Shown one piece after another: positions 1 to 9,478 of a stretch of DNA of 64,000 bases (the first letter of the stretch is position 1; each line of letters opens with the position of its first letter). The notes under the pieces are model-generated. The model had not been told where the DNA came from and ran no database searches. It was given only the letters and a program-made list of their open reading frames with translations. This DNA comes from Christensenellaceae bacterium (lineage in GTDB: Bacteria; Bacillota; Clostridia; Christensenellales; Borkfalkiaceae), in assembly GCA_045534605.1 (NCBI GenBank), contig JAZSKA010000018.1, positions 1,175 to 65,174 of the forward strand. The letters are read 5' to 3'. Both the position numbers and the translations under genes were made by a program.

Positions 1-3000
1 AAAGTTAGTAGAACGAGCGTTTGATGCTGCAACGTAAGCACTTACGATTACGTTTGCAGTAATCGTTTCACTTAACGCACCTTTAGCATAAAGGTCGGTG
101 AAAGTAATAGTACCAGTTACTGCTTGAGCAGTTGTAACGCTACCGTCGAGAATGAGTGAAGAAATATCCCATGCAACGTCAAGTCCAACAGTTGCAGGTT
201 CGCCGTCTTTATCAGAGTAGTTAGCAACTACTTTTGAAGGAAGGTCGATAATTGTTGCGCCTACGAACACGTTAACGTCAGAAACTGGGTTAATTGAAGT
301 CATTTCGTAGTTGTAAACTTCTACAGAAAGTTTAGCAGTAACGTCTTGACCAAGGTCTAAAGTATTTTCGTCGAAAGTTAATTCGCCAGTATATTCGTTA
401 GTACCAACTAAATTCCAGTCAATTTCAGCATTTTCGAAAGAAACTTGAAGTTGAACGGTTGAATCGTCTGCTAAAGTAGCAACGACAACGGTTGGTAACG
501 TTGCAGTTTGACCAAGTTCAACCGAAACGCTTGAAGTAGCAATTTCAGTAATAGCCAATTTTTCTGCTAAGATAATAACTTTGATAGAAATTACCGTATC
601 AACAGAACTTGCGAAGTTGTATTCTACCGTATCAACAACGTTAGAGATAACGCCTTCGAGAGTATAAGTTCCTACTGCGTATTCTACGTCAACTAAAGAT
701 GCGATAGCGTCAGCCCAGTCGATTGCTAGAGTAACGTCGCTACCGTCGCCAAGTTTTGCAGAAACGCTTGCAGGTAAACCGATAATTTCAGAAATGTCTT
801 GAGTTTCAAGAGCTGTATCAAGGTTTTCTTTTACGATAATGAAATTGGTTAAAGAGTTAGTTGCTACAGAAGTGATTAAAGGTTTATAAATTGCGAAAAG
901 TTCTACGCTTTCAGTCATAACGATCGTATCGTTTGCTACGTAAGAAGTGCCTTGACCGTCTGCTTGAGTGTTCCAAGTAACAAATTCGTAACCTGCTTTC
1001 GTAGGTACTACGCTTGATACGGTTGCGTTTGAGTTCTTTTCGTATTCGCTAGATTTTGGTGCGTTTTCACCGCCGTTAGCGTTGTAACTTAATTCAGCAA
1101 GTTCAGGAACGACCGCCTTTACTCTGATTGCAGTTACGTAAATGTTGTTTTCGCTTGATGCTTGAATATAGTAAACACCGCCCGTCGTTCCGTTGTAAGT
1201 AGCAGTTACTACGGTTGGAGTTTGATAAACTTCAGAGTTGTCGTCAGTGTTAGTTGTAGTTTTGCTAATATCTGCAGAACCAATAGAAGTTGTTCCGTTA
1301 GTAATATGGATAGTACCTTCTTTTCCTGTTGAGTAACCTGCTGCATCAACTTCGATAGAAATCATCGTTGCAGTTTCTGGAACAGTGATTGAAATTGCAC
1401 CAGCCGTTCCTTGTTTAAGTTTAATCATAGGTTCAGTTTGGTCGTGACCTGTGTCTGAAGACGTACCGTTTTCTGCCTTAATGATAATACCGTTTTTAGT
1501 GCCTAATACATTATCAGTATAAACCGTAGTCCAGTCAACACCGTATTCAGAACCGTCTGTATACGCTACCCAAGTGATTTCAGTTTGGTCGATAACGTTA
1601 ACAGTTGCAACTATAGGAACGTTTGCACTGTTTGCTACAGATGCGTCTAAAGTTAACGCACCGTTTACGCTGTAAATACCGAGCGCGCTAGTGTCGATTG
1701 CGTTACCTTCGTTCCATAAAACTTCAAGTTCTTTTTCGTAAGTTCCCATCGTTAAGCTGTCTAGAACCGTAACAGTGATAGTTTCAGGAAGATTTACAAT
1801 TGCACCAACGCCTACGCTTTGTGAAACGCTTTCAACGGATACGATTTCGTCTGCGTACACTTCAATAACTAAAGATACGCCTACGCCTTCGCCAAGTTCA
1901 AATTCGCCAACGTCAACAGTACCAGTTAAAGAATATTGACCAACAGTATCTAAAGCGTAATCGCCAGCCCAAGTAACGCCAAGCGTAACTTGTTGACCGT
2001 TTACGGTTGTTTCAACCGTAGTTGGTAATTCTACGCTTTCAGTTAAAGCGAGAACCTTTATAGTTTCAGGTGCAGTAATTGCTGTGATTTGTGGTGCATT
2101 AGCAAGAATCGTTACGTTTACAGAAACTGTATTTTCAACGCCTTCAGCAAGTTTATAACCGTCAGAAACAATGATAGTACCAGTTACAGTTTGTGGTTCT
2201 TCGTTATCCCCATTAATTACAAGTGAAGATGTATCCCAAGCAACTGCCATATCGACGTTTCCGTCAACGGTTACTACTTTAACAGTTTCAGGAAGACCAA
2301 CTGCATCAATATCTTGTGGTTTAACTTTGATAATGTTTTCAGCGTCAACGATTTCAGTAATAAATGTATTGTAAACTGCAACAAATTCAATCGAATCTGC
2401 ATTTACATCAATCACATAATTATCACCAGGCGCATAAACAGCTTCACCGTCTGACCAACCTATAAACTCTCTTCCTTCTGGAGCGGTTGGAGCCTCACCT
2501 ACAGTGTAGTTGTTTACATCGTCACCGATTTCATAACTGTAATCGCTTGGCGCATCTGTACCGTCAACAGCGTCATAAGTAATGCCACAGAAAGAACTAA
2601 CAGTTTCCATTTCAATAGCGTATAAGAAGAATTTTCTTGTGCTACCGCCGTCTAAAGCTGTCATAAATGCAGCGTTAGCCGTTAAAGTAGTCGTACCTGC
2701 ATTAACTTCAAATTCTAAAGTTCTCAATTTCCCTTTAGTTGCTGTATTAGTTGATTTTTGAACAAATGTTGAACCAGCAATCGTGTATTCAGCTGTTACA
2801 GTTTTTTGAGCAACCGATCCAGTAGTTGCACCGGTTAATGTTGCTGAATAAGTTGCAAAGTTACTTGAATCAACACCAAACAAAATACGAACTGCAGACT
2901 TCTTTGATGCAACAATCGTTATAGTAGTATCGTTTGTCGTGCCACTGTTTGATGTTACACCATATAAATCTCCTGAGTTCAAAGTGTCGCCGGATTTATT

Positions 3001-3288
3001 ATACTTAATATATCCACCATCAGTTGCCACATTGTACGTTACATAATCTATAACGCCAGTAGTACTTGTTAGGTAACCATCGCTGTTAAATGAAACACTC
3101 GTTGGCTTTGAAGAAAAAGCACTCGAATTGTTTGCATACCAACTATTAAAATCAACAGAAATAATAGTTTCGGTTGCAGCTTTGGCAACTTTGTCGCTAG
3201 AAAAACTTGCAACGCCGATTGCAAATGACGCTACCATCATAAGCGACATAAGCACGATTGCAAAATTTCTCATTTTTGCCTTAATCAT
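1..3288 (-). CDS. Large secreted cell-surface protein, 3'-truncated by the window edge (signal peptide, InlB-B/Listeria-Bacteroides-type repeats, Ig-like repeats)
   Basis: Absent from the ORF track because there is no stop in the window. My own minus-strand translation starts at ATG 3288 with GGAGG 8 nt upstream. It gives MIKAKMRNFAIVLMSLMMVASFAIGVASF... and stays open to base 1 (1096 codons). Repeat signatures include AGYEFVTWNTQADGQGTSYVANDTI and VTWAGDYALDTVGQYSLTGTV. Confidence 0.8.
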   Translation of the reverse strand, partial: MIKAKMRNFAIVLMSLMMVASFAIGVASFSSDKVAKAATETIISVDFNSWYANNSSAFSSKPTSVSFNSDGYLTSTTGVIDYVTYNVATDGGYIKYNKSGDTLNSGDLYGVTSNSGTTNDTTITIVASKKSAVRILFGVDSSNFATYSATLTGATTGSVAQKTVTAEYTIAGSTFVQKSTNTATKGKLRTLEFEVNAGTTTLTANAAFMTALDGGSTRKFFLYAIEMETVSSFCGITYDAVDGTDAPSDYSYEIGDDVNNYTVGEAPTAPEGREFIGWSDGEAVYAPGDNYVIDVNADSIEFVAVYNTFITEIVDAENIIKVKPQDIDAVGLPETVKVVTVDGNVDMAVAWDTSSLVINGDNEEPQTVTGTIIVSDGYKLAEGVENTVSVNVTILANAPQITAITAPETIKVLALTESVELPTTVETTVNGQQVTLGVTWAGDYALDTVGQYSLTGTVDVGEFELGEGVGVSLVIEVYADEIVSVESVSQSVGVGAIVNLPETITVTVLDSLTMGTYEKELEVLWNEGNAIDTSALGIYSVNGALTLDASVANSANVPIVATVNVIDQTEITWVAYTDGSEYGVDWTTVYTDNVLGTKNGIIIKAENGTSSDTGHDQTEPMIKLKQGTAGAISITVPETATMISIEVDAAGYSTGKEGTIHITNGTTSIGSADISKTTTNTDDNSEVYQTPTVVTATYNGTTGGVYYIQASSENNIYVTAIRVKAVVPELAELSYNANGGENAPKSSEYEKNSNATVSSVVPTKAGYEFVTWNTQADGQGTSYVANDTIVMTESVELFAIYKPLITSVATNSLTNFIIVKENLDTALETQDISEIIGLPASVSAKLGDGSDVTLAIDWADAIASLVDVEYAVGTYTLEGVISNVVDTVEYNFASSVDTVISIKVIILAEKLAITEIATSSVSVELGQTATLPTVVVATLADDSTVQLQVSFENAEIDWNLVGTNEYTGELTFDENTLDLGQDVTAKLSVEVYNYEMTSINPVSDVNVFVGATIIDLPSKVVANYSDKDGEPATVGLDVAWDISSLILDGSVTTAQAVTGTITFTDLYAKGALSETITANVIVSAYVAASNARSTNF

Positions 3289-3363
3289 TTTGTATTCCTC
3301 CATTATGATTTACAAATTATGGCGCGTGGGCGTAGCGCGCACACGCATACAATTATATGATAT

Positions 3364-3392
3364 ATTCTAAAACAAAATTATCGCGTTGTCAA
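3364..3392 (-). promoter_or_regulatory. Sigma-A type promoter for the surface-protein gene
   Basis: Minus strand reads TTGACA-17 nt-TAGAAT. A roughly 70-nt leader follows, containing the GC-rich hairpin ggcgcgtgggcgtagcgcgc. Confidence 0.45.
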
Positions 3393-3459
3393 CGATTTTT
3401 TTTAACTTTTAATACTATATTATATATTTTATAAAATTTTGTACTTTATTAGAATAAAT

Positions 3460-3527
3460 AAAAAAGGGCGATTTATTCGCCCAAAAAACCAAAAATGGCG
3501 CGATAACCGTGCTATCGCGCCATTTTT
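3460..3527. terminator. Two tandem bidirectional intrinsic terminators downstream of yhbY
   Basis: Hairpins are gggcg-atttatt-cgccc (3466-3482) and ggcgcgata-accgtgc-tatcgcgcc (3497-3521). Each is flanked by A-runs and T-runs. Confidence 0.7.
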
Positions 3528-3528
3528 A

Positions 3529-3822
3529 TTAAAATTCAATGTGTTTTATACCCTTTTTATCACTTCTACGGTACAAGACGATTTTGTGACCTATTACGCA
3601 AACGACTTCAGCGTTAAGACTTTGTGCAAGTTCTATCGAAAAACTTTTTGCGTCCATTTCCGCGTTGTTTAAAACCGTGATTTTTATAAGCTCGCGCGCA
3701 TCGAGCATAGTGCTTAGTGACTCGATAAGATTATCACTTATTCCACCCTTTCCGATTTGCGCAATCGGATCGATAGTTTGGGCAAGACTTCTTAAATTAC
3801 TTCTTTGTTTTGTTGTAAACAT
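3529..3822 (-). CDS. yhbY: YhbY-type CRM-domain RNA-binding protein (ribosome assembly)
   Basis: 97 aa with LRSLAQTIDPIAQIGKGGISDNLIESL and VIGHKIVLYR. It sits immediately downstream of obg. Confidence 0.8.
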   Translation of the reverse strand: MFTTKQRSNLRSLAQTIDPIAQIGKGGISDNLIESLSTMLDARELIKITVLNNAEMDAKSFSIELAQSLNAEVVCVIGHKIVLYRRSDKKGIKHIEF

Positions 3823-3875
3823 ATTTTTATTCCTTTTTTCTATTTTTTAAATTTTCCCAAAAAAACGAGCGAGCG

Positions 3876-5138
3876 TTAATCAATAAATTCAAATTCTATC
3901 TCGCCTATAACTACGGTATCGCCGTTTTTAACTCCTGCTTGTTTAAGTGCCTTTATAACGCCTTTATCGCGCAAAGTCTTTTGCATATAACTTAAAGAGT
4001 CCATATCGTCAAGCACGACGTTACGGGCAAGAAGTTCTGTTAAAGGACCTATAACGACGTACGCGCCGTCGTCGTCACGCTCGATTTCAAACAAGTCGTC
4101 ACTCGGTTTTTCGTAAGAGAATTCTTCGTATTCAATCGGTTGAAGCGGTGGTAATTCTTGCAATTTTTCATAGATTTCATTTAATAAATCTTGCAAGTTT
4201 TCGCCACTTATTGCCGAAATTTCAAAAATCTTCTCGCCTTTTAGTTTCTTTTTGAAAACTTTCAAATTTTCTTCCGCCCCAAAAATATCGCACTTATTTG
4301 CTACGATAATTTGTGGGCGCGAACTAAGTTCTTCGCTGTATTCTTTAAGTTCTTTATTAATTTTAACAAAATCGTCGTACGGATCGCGACCTTCAAGCCC
4401 GGATATATCGACCATATGAACGAGCAAGCGCGTTCTTTCGATATGGCGCAAGAAATTATGCCCAAGTCCTGCCCCTTGCGACGCCCCTTCTATAAGACCA
4501 GGGATATCCGCAACCACAAAACTGTCGTCAAAGTGCTTTACAACCCCTAAATTTGGTGAAAGCGTAGTAAAATGATAGTTTGCAATTTTCGGCTTTGCGC
4601 CTGAAATTTTTGAAAGTAGTGTCGACTTTCCTGCATTAGGGAAGCCTATAATTCCGACGTCTGCGATTATCTTAAGTTCAAGAATAATTTTTTTGATATC
4701 GGTAAGTTCGCCTTTTTGCGAAAAATGCGGTGCGTGACGGCGCGACGTACAGAAATGCACGTTACCTTTACCGCCCCTACCACCTTTTAAAACGAGTTTC
4801 TTTTCGCCTTCATAAAAGATATCACAAATAATTTTCCCAGTTTCTTTGTCGCGAACGACAGTGCCAAGCGGAACGCTGATATACAAATCTTCACCGTCTG
4901 CGCCGTGACATTTCTTAGGACCGCCCTTACCGCCGTCTTCTGCCTTAAACTTCTTTTGATATTCGTAATCTATTAGGCTGACTTTGTGCTTGTCCCCAAT
5001 AACGTAGACGTCACCGCCTCGGCCACCGTCACCGCCGTCAGGTCCGCCGTTTGAAACGCCTTTATAGCGAATAAACGACGTTGCACCGTCGCCACCGTTT
5101 CCCGATTTAATTGAAATAATCTCTCTGTCTACAAACAT
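3876..5138 (-). CDS. obg: GTPase Obg/CgtA
   Basis: MFVDREIISIKSGNGGDGATSF, a glycine-rich Obg fold, the G-domain GFPNAGKSTLL, and a C-terminal OCT domain. Confidence 0.95.
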   Translation of the reverse strand: MFVDREIISIKSGNGGDGATSFIRYKGVSNGGPDGGDGGRGGDVYVIGDKHKVSLIDYEYQKKFKAEDGGKGGPKKCHGADGEDLYISVPLGTVVRDKETGKIICDIFYEGEKKLVLKGGRGGKGNVHFCTSRRHAPHFSQKGELTDIKKIILELKIIADVGIIGFPNAGKSTLLSKISGAKPKIANYHFTTLSPNLGVVKHFDDSFVVADIPGLIEGASQGAGLGHNFLRHIERTRLLVHMVDISGLEGRDPYDDFVKINKELKEYSEELSSRPQIIVANKCDIFGAEENLKVFKKKLKGEKIFEISAISGENLQDLLNEIYEKLQELPPLQPIEYEEFSYEKPSDDLFEIERDDDGAYVVIGPLTELLARNVVLDDMDSLSYMQKTLRDKGVIKALKQAGVKNGDTVVIGEIEFEFID

Positions 5139-5183
5139 AATTTTTCTCTCAATATTTTAGTTTATTTCTAATTTTTGCCTATT

Positions 5184-5196
5184 TTATCGACTTATA
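5184..5196 (+). repeat. D-box copy, variant TTATCGACTTATA
   Basis: One mismatch to TAATCGACTTATA. Lies in the intergenic region between the nth end and the obg start. Confidence 0.6.
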
Positions 5197-5219
5197 GACC
5201 GATATTTATAATTCTTCGT

Positions 5220-5855
5220 TTATTTTTTAACACCGACTTTTTTGCAAAGCGATTCAACTTCACACCCATTACAATTTGGGTTTATCGCCTTACAAACTCT
5301 GCGACCGTGGTAGATTAGATAGTGATGCGATTTCGACCAAAGACTTTTTTCAATGACTTTACACAAGTCCTTTTCGACCGCGTCGGGATTTTTGCCTTTT
5401 GAAAGCCCTAATCTTTTTGCCACCCTAAAAACGTGCGTGTCAACGGCTATCGCATCGCCAGAGAACGCTACGCTGTAAACGACGTTTGCAGTTTTTCTTC
5501 CAACGCCGTCTAAGGTAAGCAAACTTTCAAAGTCGGACGGAACTTGTCCTGCAAACTTTTCGATTATATCTTTAGTTGCGCCGAGTATATGTTTTGCCTT
5601 GTTTTTATAAAGACCGCAACTTTTTATATAAACTTCAAGTTCTTCTTGCGAAAGTGTTACAAGTTTTTCGGGCGTGTTATAATTTTCAAAAAGAACGCTT
5701 GTAACCTTGTTCACTCGTTCATCCGTGCACTGGGCAGAAAGAATTACCGCGACCAAAAGTTCGTAAGGCGTAGAAAAATTTAGCATAGGCTTAGCGTCAG
5801 GATAGCACTTTGCAAGTTTTTCTACTATTTTTTTAGCGCGCTCTTTTTGATTCAT
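5220..5855 (-). CDS. nth: Endonuclease III
   Basis: HhH-GPD motif LTLDGVGRKTANVV and a C-terminal 4Fe-4S cysteine cluster CKAINPNCNGCEVESLC. Confidence 0.93.
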   Translation of the reverse strand: MNQKERAKKIVEKLAKCYPDAKPMLNFSTPYELLVAVILSAQCTDERVNKVTSVLFENYNTPEKLVTLSQEELEVYIKSCGLYKNKAKHILGATKDIIEKFAGQVPSDFESLLTLDGVGRKTANVVYSVAFSGDAIAVDTHVFRVAKRLGLSKGKNPDAVEKDLCKVIEKSLWSKSHHYLIYHGRRVCKAINPNCNGCEVESLCKKVGVKK

Positions 5856-5952
5856 TTTCTTTCACCTTAGGTTATTTTAACACATTTTGACGACTTTTAC
5901 AATCGTTTTATAAATAAATAATGCTAAAGTTAGCCTAAATCACCTATTAAAA

Positions 5953-6213
5953 CTAAAAAATTTTACTCATAACTGAGCGAAATCCCACAACCTGCACCTG
6001 GTACATAGCAAAAAAACTGTTAAATCTTACCGAGTTTAAAATTTCTCTCGCAACCGATAAATTATTTTTTAAAAATCTAACCGACAATCCGCATCCTACT
6101 TTGGCTTCTTTTGGCGTTCCAACTGTTTCGCAAAACACGCCGGAGCGCTTAAGATAATTCATAAACAAAAAAACGTCCGTCTTTGAACGGAATACCGCTA
6201 TACAATATATCAT
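5953..6213 (-). CDS. DUF3343 family small protein (putative Se/S carrier-like)
   Basis: 86 aa with the pattern GTPKEAKVGCGLSVRF typical of DUF3343. GGAGATAAT precedes the ATG. Divergent from a class-V aminotransferase gene. Confidence 0.6.
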   Translation of the reverse strand: MIYCIAVFRSKTDVFLFMNYLKRSGVFCETVGTPKEAKVGCGLSVRFLKNNLSVAREILNSVRFNSFFAMYQVQVVGFRSVMSKIF

Positions 6214-6285
6214 ATTATCTCCGCTTTTGGTATAATCTCTTTCCTTTATTAATATATTGTTTTTATAAAATAAAGGTGATAAATT

Positions 6286-7398
6286 ATGATATATTTCGAC
6301 AACGCCGCAACTAGTGGTTTCAAGCCTAGCGCGTCGGTAAATTCTGCAGTAAACGCCATAAAATACTTAAACGCAAACCCAGGTCGCGGTAGCCATAAAC
6401 TGTCAATTTTAGCCGAAGAGTTCGTCTTTAGAACGCGCGTAAAATTATCGAAAACGTTTAATAACGAACATATAGACAGGGTTATCTTTACTAAAAACTG
6501 CACCGAAAGTTTAAATACGGCAATTTTTAGCCTTGCAAAGCCCAACACTGAAGTAGTTACGACGGTGACGGAACATAACAGCGTTTTAAGACCGCTTTAC
6601 GCTATGCAAAGAAAGTTTGGCGTAAAAATTAAATTTGCAAAGCCAAAACTTGACCGAATTACAAAAGACGATATTCTTCCACTTGTTTCAAAAGACACGT
6701 CGCTTGTCGTTATAAACGCCGTTTCTAACGTAACGGGACAGAAAAACGATTTTGAAGATATAGGAAAACACCTATCTTGTCCGCTAGTTATCGACGGCGC
6801 GCAAGCGTGTGGGCATATTGATATTAATCTTAAAGATATAAACGCAAACTGTTTGGCTGTTGCCGGGCATAAGGGATTGTATTCAACACAAGGAATTGGC
6901 GCGCTTATTTTTGACGGCGAAACGGAAATCGAACCGCTAACTTACGGCGGAAGTGGCGCAGACACTTTTTTAGAAGTTCCATCCTTTTACCCGGAAAAAT
7001 TAGAAGCAGGTACTTTAAACTTACCTGCTATCTGTTCTCTTTTTGACGGCACCGACTACGCATTAGAAAACTTAAGTTTTTCAAACAAGCGATTATTAAA
7101 TAATACCGACGTAATTATTTCCTATCTTAAAAAGATTGGCGCAAAAGTTTATTCAGAAAAAAATCCGTTTGGAATAGTTGCTTTTTCGCTTTCAAAAAGT
7201 TCTTTTGAAGTAAGCGATTTGCTTTCGACAAAATTCGACATTTTCGTTCGCGGTGGATTTCACTGCGCCCCAAAAATGCACGAGTTTTTAAAAACGAAAG
7301 AAAGCGGTCTAGTTCGCGTAAGTTTGGCAATGCAAAACTCCGAAAGCGAAATAGAACGCTTTTTAATGGCAATAACCGAGATAAATACCAGCCTATAA
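6286..7398 (+). CDS. Class-V aminotransferase / cysteine desulfurase (or selenocysteine lyase) family
   Basis: 370 aa with FDNAATS at the N-terminus, a PLP-lysine context AGHKGLY, and an active-site Cys context GGFHCAP. Confidence 0.8.
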   Translation: MIYFDNAATSGFKPSASVNSAVNAIKYLNANPGRGSHKLSILAEEFVFRTRVKLSKTFNNEHIDRVIFTKNCTESLNTAIFSLAKPNTEVVTTVTEHNSVLRPLYAMQRKFGVKIKFAKPKLDRITKDDILPLVSKDTSLVVINAVSNVTGQKNDFEDIGKHLSCPLVIDGAQACGHIDINLKDINANCLAVAGHKGLYSTQGIGALIFDGETEIEPLTYGGSGADTFLEVPSFYPEKLEAGTLNLPAICSLFDGTDYALENLSFSNKRLLNNTDVIISYLKKIGAKVYSEKNPFGIVAFSLSKSSFEVSDLLSTKFDIFVRGGFHCAPKMHEFLKTKESGLVRVSLAMQNSESEIERFLMAITEINTSL

Positions 7399-7406
7399 GT
7401 CGATTA
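7394..7406 (-). repeat. D-box copy (TATAAGTCGATTA on plus strand)
   Basis: Exact 13-mer. It contains the TAA stop of the plus-strand gene (7396-7398) and the stop of the minus-strand gene (7404-7406). Confidence 0.8.
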
Positions 7407-7679
7407 ACAGTTGTTTTTTAACATTTTAACAACTTCATCAAGTTTTTTAACTTGCTCGCCCGACAGCATTGGGTAAAGCATTTTATAAAAGTTGTCGATA
7501 TCGCTATCGGAAAGTTTTCCTTCCTTTTTACTTTTAACCGCGGTTTTTATAATTTCGTCAATAAGTTCAGACTCGCTCTTTCCGTTATAGTTTTTTAAAA
7601 AATCGTCAAGGACTTTTTTAGACTCTGGGCTTAAATCGTTTACCGCGCGCTTTGCTTTAGAATAATCAGAAAAATTCAT
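7404..7679 (-). CDS. Hypothetical small acidic/lysine-rich protein
   Basis: The ORF-track start is TTG. I prefer ATG at 7679 (MNFSDYSKAK...), which has TAGGAG 5 nt upstream. Confidence 0.5.
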   Translation of the reverse strand: MNFSDYSKAKRAVNDLSPESKKVLDDFLKNYNGKSESELIDEIIKTAVKSKKEGKLSDSDIDNFYKMLYPMLSGEQVKKLDEVVKMLKNNC

Positions 7680-7749
7680 TTTAACTCCTACCAAAAACCA
7701 TTACTACAATTTATGCATAAGATATAATAAAATGTCAAAGGAATAAAAA

Positions 7750-8109
7750 ATGGACTTATCAAATTTAATAAATATCTTGCCGTCAATACTTGGCAATAAT
7801 TCAAAAGGAAATATATTAGAAACGCTTTTACCACTTTTAACTATGGATAAAGACGCCTTAAACGATATTTTTTCTACCCTTAATTCCGTTTTAGACGGAA
7901 GCGTTAACTTAAAAGATTTACTTATCGCGCTACTTCCCGTTCTTTTAGAGTATTTTGGTAAAACCGAAGCGCCACCAGACATAAAAAACGCTACGGAAGA
8001 AGTCGTAGCGTTTAATAAAGTTTTAGGTATCGAGCCTGTCAAAGATTTAGCCGACGAAAAAACTCTTTCGGACCTTGTCGATTACTTAGAAAGTTCTACC
8101 GCGTCGTAA
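7750..8109 (+). CDS. Hypothetical protein
   Basis: 119 aa, with AAAGGAATAAAAAATG upstream. Its composition is more protein-like than the overlapping antisense ORF 7704-8042. Confidence 0.45.
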   Translation: MDLSNLINILPSILGNNSKGNILETLLPLLTMDKDALNDIFSTLNSVLDGSVNLKDLLIALLPVLLEYFGKTEAPPDIKNATEEVVAFNKVLGIEPVKDLADEKTLSDLVDYLESSTAS

Positions 8110-9446
8110 ACTGCGCCTTTATTGCTTGCGTTATAAATTTTCTGAACGGAATAGTTAAGTTCTTCGTTCAGTGCCGTCGTCACACCCCTATCGTGAATAG
8201 AAATATCGGTTATTGGCCAGAAAATTTTAGCAGTTGTAAGTTTTATCGCTTGCTGAGTTATCGGATTTTCATAAGTCGTTTGCATAATGCCTTTTCCGTA
8301 CGTTCTATACTCGGTTACAATCTCAATTCTATCTTCGTCAAAGTTAGCGAATTTATAACTAAAGCCTTCTATAACAACTTTAACTATGTTTTTATAATCG
8401 TAGTCAAGCATTGCGCCAAGCAAAACTTCTGACGCTGAAGCCGTTCCAGAATTGGCTAAAACGGTAATGCTTTCAAAGCCAAAATCGTGATAATCAACTT
8501 TTGCAGAATTATACTTTTCTTCTTTATCGTTTTTATACTTAGCAACGGAAACAAGGTTTTTGGTATTATTTTCTGCACCGATAAAATGCGCGGATACGTC
8601 TTGCAAAATATCCATAAAACCGCCACCGTTATTTCTTAAATCCAAAATAAGGTCGGTTTTACCGTCTTGTTTAAACTGACTAAGCGCGCGTGCCATTTGC
8701 CCTGCGCTTCCGTATAGACCGTCGTTTAGCGCGGCAAAACCGTTGTAATCAATTACCGCAAGATCAGATCTTCCTTGCAAGTCGTAAGTTTTATTTTCAC
8801 CAACTTCCACAAACTGCATATCGCCGTCAACTTCGCGGAAACCGTATTCTTTTTCGCTTGTATAATACCTTACGAAAGTTTCTGTATAGCCTGCGCGCAT
8901 TACGGTAAATTCTTTAAGTTCGCCGTCGTATTCAATCAAAAACTGAAATTCTTCGTTATCGGGAATAAAGTCGATAATATCACCGAGCGCCAACTCTCCA
9001 CCTTCGCTAGGCGAAACTATTGTAACAAACTCGTCAGTGTTATATTTAAAAGCACGAATTTTACCACCGGGCTTAATTCCTGCTCTATCTGACGGAGAAT
9101 TCCACGAAACGCTCGCAATTTCGTTCGTGCTTGAGTTATAAGAAATTCCCATCCCCTCTCTTCCGCCTTTGTTCGCTGTATGCATAAGTTCTAAGTCTTC
9201 TTTTGAGTAATACGCAGAATACTGGTCGAGCAATGAACTAGCGAAAGTGTCGACGATAACTTCGCTACTTTCTTCTTCGTAGTAATATCTTTTATACATT
9301 GATAAAATGTAATTAATCGTCTCAAGTTCGCTAGGCAACGATTTTGACCGAACGAAAAAGCCTAGAAAAAACGAGCCGACAGCAATCACCACCGCAAGCA
9401 CAACGCTTAACGCTATTTTTTGTTTTTTATTTATTTCTTTATTCAT
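8082..9446 (-). CDS. S41 family C-terminal processing peptidase with N-terminal membrane anchor and PDZ domain
   Basis: Motifs are LRNNGGGFMDILQDV and NSGTASASEVLLGAM (catalytic Ser context). There is one N-terminal TM helix. Confidence 0.85.
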   Translation of the reverse strand: MNKEINKKQKIALSVVLAVVIAVGSFFLGFFVRSKSLPSELETINYILSMYKRYYYEEESSEVIVDTFASSLLDQYSAYYSKEDLELMHTANKGGREGMGISYNSSTNEIASVSWNSPSDRAGIKPGGKIRAFKYNTDEFVTIVSPSEGGELALGDIIDFIPDNEEFQFLIEYDGELKEFTVMRAGYTETFVRYYTSEKEYGFREVDGDMQFVEVGENKTYDLQGRSDLAVIDYNGFAALNDGLYGSAGQMARALSQFKQDGKTDLILDLRNNGGGFMDILQDVSAHFIGAENNTKNLVSVAKYKNDKEEKYNSAKVDYHDFGFESITVLANSGTASASEVLLGAMLDYDYKNIVKVVIEGFSYKFANFDEDRIEIVTEYRTYGKGIMQTTYENPITQQAIKLTTAKIFWPITDISIHDRGVTTALNEELNYSVQKIYNASNKGAVYDAVELSK

Positions 9447-9465
9447 AAAACCCTTAAAACCCCGA

Positions 9466-9478
9466 TATAAGTCGATTA
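9466..9478 (-). repeat. D-box copy
   Basis: Exact TATAAGTCGATTA. The TTA at 9476-9478 is the stop codon of the PucR-like gene. Confidence 0.8.

Noticed and set aside
2171-3672. Plus-strand ORFs 2171-2374, 3128-3370, 3439-3672 and 3665-3850
   Set aside because: These are shadow ORFs. They are antisense to the large surface-protein gene or to yhbY, or they lie across terminator and promoter DNA. They have no RBS and low-complexity translations.
6249-6548. 99-aa minus-strand ORF overlapping the desulfurase 5' end
   Set aside because: It is antisense to a well-supported class-V aminotransferase gene and crosses the shared promoter region.
7704-8042. Minus-strand 112-aa ORF
   Set aside because: It overlaps the plus-strand 7750-8109 ORF almost completely. 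It has a Ser/Leu/Lys-rich shadow-like composition and no RBS, so I preferred the plus-strand reading.
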